Shown one piece after another: positions 10,226-17,687 of a DNA stretch of 64,000 nt (positions are counted from its first letter, which is position 1; every line of letters begins with the position of its first letter). Under the pieces are notes generated by a model. The model was not told where the DNA came from, did not search any database, and saw nothing but the letters and a program-made list of their open reading frames with translations. Made by a program: the position numbers and the translations under genes. Source of the DNA: Minisyncoccota bacterium (GTDB taxonomy: Bacteria; Patescibacteriota; Minisyncoccia; Phycocordibacterales; UBA9973); assembly GCA_031291825.1 (NCBI GenBank), contig JARLIG010000009.1, positions 136,058 to 200,057 of the forward strand, in the 5' to 3' direction.

Positions 10226-10678
10226 ATGAGTAAAAAAATTGTTTGGGGTGTGGTAGGAATTATTGTTTTGGTTGGAGTATTTTTGGGAGGTGCAGCTTAT
10301 GGTAAGAATCAAACAGCGGCCACAAGCACGACAGGTGCTGCAGCATATGCTGGACTAAGAGGTGGCACTAGAGGCGGAAGTTTTGGTGGAGCAACTATTG
10401 GACAAATTATTTCAAAAGATGCTACTAGTATTACCGTTCAACTTATGACTCCGGCTGGTGCGATAACTTCAACGACCCCAGTAGGTTCAAAAATAGTTTT
10501 ACTAGATAGTAGTACACCAATCACAAAAGAAGTAAGTGGAAGTATGGCTGACCTTACTGTCGGAACAAATGTTTCAGTTACTGGCACATCCAACACTGAT
10601 GGCAGTGTCAGTGCTAAATCTATTCAGATTAGACCAAACATGCCAACTGCTACAACCGCACCAAGTGTGGTACAGTAG
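10226..10678 (+). CDS. secreted Gly/Thr-rich hypothetical protein
   Basis: Signal-anchor followed by low-complexity G/T/A-rich sequence. Confidence 0.4.
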   Translation: MSKKIVWGVVGIIVLVGVFLGGAAYGKNQTAATSTTGAAAYAGLRGGTRGGSFGGATIGQIISKDATSITVQLMTPAGAITSTTPVGSKIVLLDSSTPITKEVSGSMADLTVGTNVSVTGTSNTDGSVSAKSIQIRPNMPTATTAPSVVQ

Positions 10679-10682
10679 ATGA

Positions 10683-11381
10683 ATGAGAATCAATAAATAC
10701 CTAGCTGACCAAAAAATCTCCACCCGCCGAGGTGCGGATGAACTTATTAAGGAAAAGAAGGTTTTTATCAATGGGAAATTAGCAGAATTGGGCAGCCAAG
10801 TCAGCGAAGGCGACAAGGTAGAAGTCCGAGACGCCAAGCCAAAAGAATATAAATACTTTGCTTACAACAAACCGGTGGACGTCATCACTCACTCCCCTCA
10901 AGGCGAAGAGAAAGACATCAAAGAAACCATTAAAAATTCTTTAATTCCGAAAGATGTCTTCCCGATTGGCCGACTAGATAAAAATTCCCATGGGCTTATC
11001 ATCCTCACCAACGACGGACGCATTACCGACCAGCTCTTAAATCCAAAATATATTCACGAAAAAGAATATGTTGTGCGAACTTCAAACAAACTCCGCTCAA
11101 GTTTCAAACAAAAAATGGAAGCTGGGGTAAAAATTGAAGACTATGTCACTAAAAAATGCAAAGTCAAAATCGTTGATGAATTTACTTTTCGCGTAATTTT
11201 AACCGAAGGCAAGAAACACCAAATCCGCCGTATGTGTTCTGCCCTCTTTCAAGAAATCGCTGACCTGAAACGAGAGAGAGTTATGAATATAAAATTGGGA
11301 AATTTAAAACCAAACGGTTTTCGAGAAATCAAGGGAGCAGAATTAGCTACTTTTCTAAATCAAGTATTTCATCAATCCTAA
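10683..11381 (+). CDS. rRNA pseudouridine synthase, RsuA/RluB family (S4 domain plus catalytic domain)
   Basis: N-terminal S4 domain RINKYLADQKISTRRGADELI. Catalytic motif GRLDKNSHGLIILTNDG. Confidence 0.8.
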   Translation: MRINKYLADQKISTRRGADELIKEKKVFINGKLAELGSQVSEGDKVEVRDAKPKEYKYFAYNKPVDVITHSPQGEEKDIKETIKNSLIPKDVFPIGRLDKNSHGLIILTNDGRITDQLLNPKYIHEKEYVVRTSNKLRSSFKQKMEAGVKIEDYVTKKCKVKIVDEFTFRVILTEGKKHQIRRMCSALFQEIADLKRERVMNIKLGNLKPNGFREIKGAELATFLNQVFHQS

Positions 11382-12843
11382 TTTGTTTGATAAATTCTGG
11401 AACGTGAGAAACGAGAACCATCGCGCCAGCGTATTTATCTAGGGCTTCGGCAATAATCGGCAAGTGACGGAAATTAATATGGTTTGTCGGCTCATCCAAT
11501 ATTAAAAGTCCGGGCTTTTGCAAAACCAATCTAGCAAAAGCTACCAACCCCTTCTGCCCTTCCGATAAGTCGCCGATTTTTGTGCGGATAAATTCTCCAG
11601 TAATTAAAAATCCAGCGGCGACAGAACGCATATGCTCTTCATTTAATTTTTCTCCGCCCTCAATCATCGCTGAAGCTAAAGATTGATATACTGTGTCTTC
11701 AAAATTTAGTGTAGAAAAATCTTGCCGGTAATATCCAATGCGTATCCCCTCTGCCACCTTTTCTCCATCGGCCTTGCCACTCGCCAATCTCTCTAGAAGT
11801 GTTGTCTTTCCAATACCATTTGGTCCTTGTAAAAGCAAGTGGCCTTTTTTATTTAGAGAGATATGAGCTTTGTGTTTTATAATCTTTCCATTTTTCATCG
11901 TCGTAAAAGCAGAAATATTTAAAACTTCTCCAATTAAGTCCGGCTGGGAAGGAATTATAAACGGCCTAATCGCTTTATCTTCCTTGCGTACGTCCACAAT
12001 CTCTTCTTCGAGTTCTTCCGCTTTTTCACGCATACGCTTCGCCACCAGTCGCAAACGTCCGCCCTTGTAAGCAAAAACATTGGCTTGGTCTTTCTTCGCC
12101 TGAATTTCTTTTTGCAACTGCGCATTTTTCATATTCTCTTTTTCCACCCGCGCGGTAATATCTTTCACGACATTAAAATAATTTCCGACATATTGCTCAA
12201 TCTTTTTCGTATAGACATCCAAATAAAGCACGCCTTCGGTAAAGGCATTTAAAAATTCTGCATCGTGGGAAATAATTAAAACCGTTTTTTTATAATTAAC
12301 TAGAAAATTTGTCAGATGGGCAATTCCGGCTTTGTCTAAATTGTTTGTTGGCTCATCCAAGAGCAATAAATCTGGGTCTTGAATGAGTGCCGAAGCGAGT
12401 AAAAGCCGTGCTTGCTGTCCGCCGGAGAAAGTATTTATTTTTTTGTCGTGAACTTTCGTGTGCCCTTTTAGATTTACTACTTCCAGCACATCGTCAATCT
12501 TGGGGTCAATATCATAAACCTTATCCTTAAAAGATTTCTCAAAAAATTCTCGTACAGTAAAATCCATCTGCTCGCGTGGAATTACTTGCTGTGATGTCGC
12601 AATACTGACTCCTTTAACTATATTTATTATTCCAGACTCTGGCATTGACAATCCCGCAATTAAACCAAAAATAGTACTCTTCCCTGCTCCATTCTGCCCC
12701 ATCAGGGTGAGTTTCATCCCGCGTCTAATAGTAAAACTAACCTCGTCTAAAATAGGCTTATTTACACCCCATTCAAATGAGACTTTCTCAAATCGGACTA
12801 TGGTTTCTTTGGTTTTTTGATTATCGTTTGTTTCTTTCTGCAT
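11347..12843 (-). CDS. ABC-F family ATPase (two tandem nucleotide-binding domains, no TM)
   Basis: Two Walker A/signature/Walker B sets (GQNGAGKST..LSGGQQARL..LLDEPTN and GPNGIGKTT..LSEGQKGLV..ILDEPTN). Confidence 0.85.
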   Translation of the reverse strand: MQKETNDNQKTKETIVRFEKVSFEWGVNKPILDEVSFTIRRGMKLTLMGQNGAGKSTIFGLIAGLSMPESGIINIVKGVSIATSQQVIPREQMDFTVREFFEKSFKDKVYDIDPKIDDVLEVVNLKGHTKVHDKKINTFSGGQQARLLLASALIQDPDLLLLDEPTNNLDKAGIAHLTNFLVNYKKTVLIISHDAEFLNAFTEGVLYLDVYTKKIEQYVGNYFNVVKDITARVEKENMKNAQLQKEIQAKKDQANVFAYKGGRLRLVAKRMREKAEELEEEIVDVRKEDKAIRPFIIPSQPDLIGEVLNISAFTTMKNGKIIKHKAHISLNKKGHLLLQGPNGIGKTTLLERLASGKADGEKVAEGIRIGYYRQDFSTLNFEDTVYQSLASAMIEGGEKLNEEHMRSVAAGFLITGEFIRTKIGDLSEGQKGLVAFARLVLQKPGLLILDEPTNHINFRHLPIIAEALDKYAGAMVLVSHVPEFIKQIRIDEILDLEK

Positions 12844-12861
12844 TTATACAGACTAGCCTAT

Positions 12862-13842
12862 TTAAGGTAAAATAGAAAGTTTATTTTTAAGTTTATAAGT
12901 ATTTCCACGAGAAAGCATTCCTAAATAAGACTGTTGGGACTCTTCTTTAGGATTTTCCTTTAATCGTTTGAACATCCTCCTTTTCGTACTAGTTCTTAAA
13001 ACTCTATGCTTTGAAAAATTAACCCAGCCGAGAAAATCAACTCCCGAAGCAATGGTTTTAATGTAAACCTTATCAGGATGTAATTGTAACTTTAATTCTT
13101 TCTCTAAGAAATCACTGATTTTTGGCAGCAATTCTTCAAGATACTTTTTGTCATCACTCAATATCACAAAATCATCCGCATATCGTATATAATGTTTTAC
13201 TTTTAATTCTCTTTTTACATATTGGTCAAACTCATTCATGTAAATATTCACTAGCAGTTGGGAAGTGAGATTACCGAGCGGTAAACCAACTTCAACTTCT
13301 GGCTTGGTGGAAAAACTATCTATTACTTGAAAAAGTAACCATAAAATATCTGTGTCAAAGACGGTCTTTGACAGTATCTCTTTTAATATTTCATGGTCAA
13401 TATTCGCAAAGAATTTTTTGATATCGCACTTCAAGACGAAACAAGTTTCTGTATTGTTTTTGGAAGCTTTGAGAGAGAAATCACGAAACCTGTTTACGGC
13501 TTTATGAGTTCCTTTATTTATCCTACAAGAATATGAATCGTGGATGAATTTAGAATCAAAATTTGGGTATAAAATTCTGTAAATTGCATGGTGAAGCAAT
13601 CTATCCCGGACATTTGCCTTGTGAATATTTCTTGGTTTTGGGTCTGAAATATTAAAAGCAACATATCCCCCATGTTTGTATGCTTTATTTCTTAAATCTT
13701 TATGTAGAGATAAAATATTATCCATAAAATGCAATTGAAAAATCTCCACATCTTCTTTATTTCTTTTTCCATGTAGAAATTCTTTCCAAGCCAGAAGCAA
13801 ATTTTCAACAGAGGTCATTTTTTCAAAATTTATTGCATCCAT
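12862..13842 (-). CDS. diversity-generating retroelement (DGR) reverse transcriptase
   Basis: Reverse-transcriptase motifs in order: RNIHKANVRDRLLHHAI, SYSCRINKGTHKA, VLKCDIKKFFANIDH. The DGR-diagnostic motif 4 is LGNLTSQ (I/LGxxxSQ rather than QGxxxSP). Motif 5 is YIRYADDFVIL. 326 aa from ATG 13842, the same size as BPP-1 bRT. Adjacent to the TR. Confidence 0.85.
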   Translation of the reverse strand: MDAINFEKMTSVENLLLAWKEFLHGKRNKEDVEIFQLHFMDNILSLHKDLRNKAYKHGGYVAFNISDPKPRNIHKANVRDRLLHHAIYRILYPNFDSKFIHDSYSCRINKGTHKAVNRFRDFSLKASKNNTETCFVLKCDIKKFFANIDHEILKEILSKTVFDTDILWLLFQVIDSFSTKPEVEVGLPLGNLTSQLLVNIYMNEFDQYVKRELKVKHYIRYADDFVILSDDKKYLEELLPKISDFLEKELKLQLHPDKVYIKTIASGVDFLGWVNFSKHRVLRTSTKRRMFKRLKENPKEESQQSYLGMLSRGNTYKLKNKLSILP

Positions 13843-13894
13843 GTTATGATTATAGTTTATCAGTATTAAAATTAAAAAAAAATGACAAATAAGA

Positions 13895-13903
13895 CCCCCC
13901 CCC
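13895..13903. repeat. C9 homopolymeric tract in the divergent RT / Avd-like intergenic region
   Basis: ccccccccc at 13895-13903 in an otherwise AT-rich intergenic region. Confidence 0.9.
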
Positions 13904-13948
13904 ACTTGGAAAATTTTACCAGTTTTAGAAATTATTAAAGGAGTTTAC

Positions 13949-14266
13949 ATAGAGTGGCAGAAATGTTTACCAACTATTCCGAAAACTTCGCGGTATACTT
14001 TAGCCGAAACAATAGACAAATATTTTATCCAAACCATTGAAAGTATTTTGGTTGCAAGTTTTTTGGAAAAACAAGAAAAACAGCCATTTGTCCGAAAAGC
14101 TATTATTTCACTTGATACTTTGAAATTTCTTTTATATATACTCTGGGAAATTAAAGCATTGGACACTAAAAAATTTACTGCTTTATCGGAATCACTTGCG
14201 ATAACTGGAAAACAACTCGGTGGTTGGCATGGACAACTTGTAAAACAAAACTCTCCCACAAAGTAG
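13949..14266 (+). CDS. Avd-like four-helix-bundle protein (DGR accessory variability determinant family), start codon uncertain
   Basis: The open frame from 13886 reads ..EWQKCLPTIPKTSRYTLAETIDKYFIQTIESIL..FVRKAIISLDTLKFLLYI..ALSESLAITGKQLGGW. It matches the four-helix-bundle / 23S IVS protein pattern (WQK, FPK-like, LGxW C-terminus). No canonical start codon lies upstream of the TTG at 14048. An AGGAG at 13938-13942 precedes an ATA at 13949. Confidence 0.45.
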   Translation: MEWQKCLPTIPKTSRYTLAETIDKYFIQTIESILVASFLEKQEKQPFVRKAIISLDTLKFLLYILWEIKALDTKKFTALSESLAITGKQLGGWHGQLVKQNSPTK

Positions 14267-14283
14267 GAGAGAAATGAAAAAAG

Positions 14284-14394
14284 TTGCGACGGAGAGCCGG
14301 GTTGCACGCATCCCAGACGTCGTCGAGGCGGTTCCAGTTCAGAATCACCTTGTCGCCATTCTCGATGAGATACGGCACATTATCGTCCTGGACG
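14284..14394 (-). repeat. DGR template repeat (TR), 111 bp
   Basis: 95 of 111 identity to the VR. All 16 differences are at TR adenines on the minus strand. Non-coding position between the Avd-like ORF and the target gene. Confidence 0.85.
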
Positions 14395-14712
14395 AACGTA
14401 TAAAACACCATCTGTGCCACCACCCTTTAAAATTCCTTCGGAATAGTTCGGGGTTGAATATTATTTCGCATAACAATGCGTCAGTATTCTATACCAAGTA
14501 TTTTCATTTTTTATGAAGTTTCTGCGTATATCACTCTGCTTGAAACCTTAATCTCAAACACTCTCGATATACGGATACTGGTCTCGGCAGAAAGAAATCG
14601 TAATCGCTTTCAGATTCGCCTACTACCATACTTAGTATATCAAAATATAAAACAAAAAGGCCTGGCACCATCACCGAAGTGACAACACAAGGCCTCAAGA
14701 TAAAACGAATGC

Positions 14713-14755
14713 AGGACTAAGATCAAAAATTCAAGAAAACCAAAGTCTTAGTCCT
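14713..14755 (-). promoter_or_regulatory. inverted repeat (10-bp stem aggactaaga/tcttagtcct) immediately 3' of the VR, DGR hairpin-like
   Basis: A perfect 10-bp inverted repeat directly after the target stop codon. A GU-rich hairpin with U-tract (about 14650-14700) lies further downstream on the minus strand. Confidence 0.5.
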
Positions 14756-14761
14756 TAGAAC

Positions 14762-15241
14762 TTACTTGCGACGGAGAGCCGGGTAGCACGCAACCCAGAC
14801 GTCGCCGAGGCGGCGCCAGAACAGAAGCACCCCGTCGCCATACTCGACGAGAAACGGCACATGACCGTCCCGGACGCTTCGCCAACCGAATATGGCCTTT
14901 CCCGCAAAATGCTTCCGGAAAAAATCGATGCCTTTGGTTTGTATCGCTTTGAGTTCGTCAAGGTCCACGCAACCAGCGAGCAGACCAGTTTCTTGCAGGT
15001 GTGAGTAAATCACGCGACCGCGTGTCCAGCCCGTCTTCTGGTCTTCGTGCAACCAAAGTTCGGTGCGACCCTCCACGATAGCGGTAACGATATCGCCACC
15101 ACGACGCAAAGAATCACGGATTCCAACGAGACGATCGCGTCCAGCTTGACCGAGCAGAGTGAGGTCCTCTGTTGTCCAACCTGCGGCTGCAAGTGAATTA
15201 CCAGTCTGACGCAACTGTCCATCTGAAAAGGTTGAAGACAT
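14762..15241 (-). CDS. DGR target (variable) protein, 159 aa, VR in C-terminal 37 codons
   Basis: The ORF carries the VR at its 3' end and is strikingly GC-rich. SD aaggag sits 7 nt upstream of the ATG. No signal peptide is evident. Confidence 0.8.
   Translation of the reverse strand: MSSTFSDGQLRQTGNSLAAAGWTTEDLTLLGQAGRDRLVGIRDSLRRGGDIVTAIVEGRTELWLHEDQKTGWTRGRVIYSHLQETGLLAGCVDLDELKAIQTKGIDFFRKHFAGKAIFGWRSVRDGHVPFLVEYGDGVLLFWRRLGDVWVACYPALRRK
14766..14876 (-). repeat. DGR variable repeat (VR), 111 bp
   Basis: Counterpart of the TR. All 16 substitutions fall on codon positions 1 or 2 of the target reading frame. GC-rich 3' end cccggctctccgtcgcaa is shared with the TR (IMH-like). Confidence 0.85.
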
Positions 15242-15313
15242 GTCTTTCTCCTTTATGGCACATGTGCCATTGCTGTTTGTATTTGGCTTTCGCCACAGCT
15301 TTTAAGAAACACT

Positions 15314-15439
15314 TGTCAAACACCCGATGTTTGACACTTTTATTTCCTTAAAGCTATGGCGATTACGTAATTTAAAAGAACTTATTAACCCATGTATTAT
15401 ACACCTAAATTGTATTTTGTCAATTACCCCGCTTGACAA
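15314..15439. promoter_or_regulatory. two operator-like inverted repeats TTGTCAA-N(9-11)-TTGACAA between the DGR target gene and cspA
   Basis: ttgtcaaacacccgatgtttgaca (15314-15336) and ttgtcaattaccccgcttgacaa (15417-15439). Confidence 0.4.
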
Positions 15440-15542
15440 ACTTATTACCTTTATGATATACTTGTAACTACAAAGTAGGTTCGAAAAGAGTCGATTTCTA
15501 AGGGATATCTATTTGTATTTAAAAACATAAACATAAAAATCA

Positions 15543-15740
15543 ATGACTGGTACAATAAAAAGATTGACTGACAAAGGTTTCGGCTTCATTACTGGAGAAG
15601 GCTTACAGAAGGATTTATTCTTCCACAGCAACTCTCTAGTTGGCGTAACTTTTGACGAGCTCAAAGAAGGTGATACTGTTTCTTTCGAAACAGAACAATC
15701 ACCAAAAGGATTGAATGCTGTGAACGTTCAACGCGCATAA
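15543..15740 (+). CDS. cspA: cold-shock protein, CspA family
   Basis: RNP1 motif KGFGFI and RNP2 in a 65 aa protein. Long 5' leader. Confidence 0.9.
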   Translation: MTGTIKRLTDKGFGFITGEGLQKDLFFHSNSLVGVTFDELKEGDTVSFETEQSPKGLNAVNVQRA

Positions 15741-15757
15741 TATTCTCTCTATACAAA

Positions 15758-15788
15758 AAGCCCCCACTCGGGGGCTTTTTGTATTTTT
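15758..15788 (+). terminator. rho-independent terminator
   Basis: aaagcccccactcgggggctttttgtattttt. Confidence 0.8.
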
Positions 15789-15900
15789 AGTAGTTCAGAA
15801 AATATATTTTATAAAGCAATCTATCTCCGCAAGCTTGCGGAGCGAACTGCTCGGCGCGCCCGCCTGCGCAAGGCTTTCTAAAACATATTTTCTGAACTCC
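15786..15900. repeat. GC-rich palindromic intergenic element, copy 1 (core gccttgcgcagg..gcgcgccgagcag on the minus strand)
   Basis: Inverted flanks agttcagaaaatat / atattttctgaact enclose the palindromes ctccgcaagcttgcggag and ctcggcgcgcccgcctgcgcaaggc. The core recurs at 21556 and 61448 and inside pcrA. Confidence 0.65.
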
Positions 15901-17687
15901 TAACTTTGCCTTTTACCATGTAAAAGCATATCAACGGCGTGTTGCATGTCTCCAGCTAGCGTTACCTCTCCCCCGTTTACAAAGAATATTTCATCTGCGT
16001 TTTCAATCGTATTTAGGCGGTGCGCGATAATCACGCGAGTTGTATTTACCGGTAATTTTCTTAAAATTTCTTCTAGTAATTGCTCTGTCACGGTATCGAT
16101 GTTTGCTGTCGCCTCGTCTAAAATCAAAATATCAGGATTACGAAGCACTGCGCGTATGAAAGCAATGAGTTGCTTCTGTCCGAGACTGATAGCGTCACCA
16201 CCTGGATGAATTCTGGTGTCTAACCCTTCCGAAAACCTATCTAGTAATTTTGTGAGGTTAGCCTTTTCTAAAACTTCGGTTAGTTCTTCGTGGGAAAATC
16301 CCGCATGTTCCTTGTTCCCATAGATAATATTTTCGTAAACCGTTCCAGTAAACAAGAATGGTTCTTGTAAAATAAATCCGATTTTTTTTGCCCGTTCTTC
16401 TCCGCTGTATAGTCTGATATCTTTGCTTTCCAAATATATTTCACCCTGTGCTGGATCGTACAACCGCGCCATGAGTGAAGCTGTAGTGGTTTTACCACCG
16501 CCCGTCGGACCAACAAAAGCATAAGTTTTTCCTTTTTCTAATTTGAAATTTATATTTTTTAAAATTTCTTTACCCTCTCCATATCTAAAATAGACATTTT
16601 TAAATTCCAAAATTGTTGAGGTAGAAGAAGAAATTATTGGTACATTTACTTCTTCAGGTGATAATATTTTTATATTTGATTCCAAGGTCAAAATTTCAGA
16701 AATACGGTCGAGGCCAGCAAGCGCAAGCTGTAGTGATGGCCAAACTGAAGCCAGCTGTCGAAGTGGATTGTAAAAATTGTTCACATAAAGGAGAAAACTG
16801 ATTAATAAACCAACCGTAAAATGTCCGACAGAAATTAAATAAATACCATAAGCTAAAACACCTATCTGCCCCAATATCCCCGCCAAGGTGTAAAGTGGAG
16901 TGAAAACGTTGCTGGCGATACCAGCTGAAATAGATGCTTTATAATTTACTTCATTACTTTCTCTAAATTTATCACGGAAATAATCTAATCGATTAAATGC
17001 CACAATCACTTTGAAGTTATTGATACTTTCAGAAATTTCACCACTCATACTGCCTAAGGTTCGCAAGCTCTTAAGACTAGTGCGTTTAACCCAAGGTGTA
17101 AGGAACTGTGTCACAACGAGAACGATAACTGCGGGAATTAAGGCCACACCACCCAAATGTATATTAATAGCTAAAAGAAATATTCCCGTGCCAACAATTA
17201 AAACTATATTACTAATAAACTGCATGAAGGCTTGCGAAAAAAATTGATTGAGTTTGTCTGTATCATTATTTATACGCGAGATAATATCACCTTCTTTGTT
17301 TTGATTAAAAAACGCAACAGGTAGAGCTTGTAGTTTTTCAAAAATTTTATTACGTAAATTGAAAAGCAGTCTTCTGCCAACCCCACCCATGACTTTTACT
17401 TGTATATAACTGGAGATAAGTCCGACAATGTAAACAGCGGTAAGTAAGATAGAAAACATTAAAACCCCGTGAAAATTTTTACCCTGAAGATAAACATCCA
17501 CGATATGTCCAATAATAATCGGCACGACAAGAGTTGCCGCCGAAGAAACAAAAATTGCAGCTAAGGCAAAGATAACCGAATTCCCTTCTTCTTTCATTAA
17601 GGGAATGAGTCTCTTAAAAGCGGTGACTAATACACCCTTTTCTTTTTCCTTTGCTATATCAGTTTTGTTTAAAGAATAATCACTCAT
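15900..17687 (-). CDS. ABC exporter, fused permease-ATPase (type I exporter, MsbA-like) subunit B
   Basis: 6-TM domain followed by a nucleotide-binding domain with GPTGGGKTT, LSLGQKQLIAFIRAVL, ILILDEATANID. Confidence 0.9.
   Translation of the reverse strand: MSDYSLNKTDIAKEKEKGVLVTAFKRLIPLMKEEGNSVIFALAAIFVSSAATLVVPIIIGHIVDVYLQGKNFHGVLMFSILLTAVYIVGLISSYIQVKVMGGVGRRLLFNLRNKIFEKLQALPVAFFNQNKEGDIISRINNDTDKLNQFFSQAFMQFISNIVLIVGTGIFLLAINIHLGGVALIPAVIVLVVTQFLTPWVKRTSLKSLRTLGSMSGEISESINNFKVIVAFNRLDYFRDKFRESNEVNYKASISAGIASNVFTPLYTLAGILGQIGVLAYGIYLISVGHFTVGLLISFLLYVNNFYNPLRQLASVWPSLQLALAGLDRISEILTLESNIKILSPEEVNVPIISSSTSTILEFKNVYFRYGEGKEILKNINFKLEKGKTYAFVGPTGGGKTTTASLMARLYDPAQGEIYLESKDIRLYSGEERAKKIGFILQEPFLFTGTVYENIIYGNKEHAGFSHEELTEVLEKANLTKLLDRFSEGLDTRIHPGGDAISLGQKQLIAFIRAVLRNPDILILDEATANIDTVTEQLLEEILRKLPVNTTRVIIAHRLNTIENADEIFFVNGGEVTLAGDMQHAVDMLLHGKRQS

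Noticed and set aside
12862-13905. Longer RT ORF starting at GTG 13905 (adds MGGGLICHFFLILILINYNHN)
   Set aside because: The extension is hydrophobic junk ahead of a well-placed internal ATG at 13842 preceded by TATAAT. Retained only as the scenario in which the C9/G9 tract would be coding.
13945-14307. 120-aa minus-strand ORF antisense to the Avd-like frame
   Set aside because: Cys/Ser/Phe-rich nonsense-like composition with no domain pattern, whereas the opposite strand carries a recognizable four-helix-bundle/Avd signature. Kept only as an alternative if the Avd call is wrong.
14175-14423. 82-aa minus-strand ORF covering the template repeat
   Set aside because: It is the TR read in the VR-equivalent frame (the TR descends from coding sequence). 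DGR template repeats are non-coding, and there is no independent start-site support.
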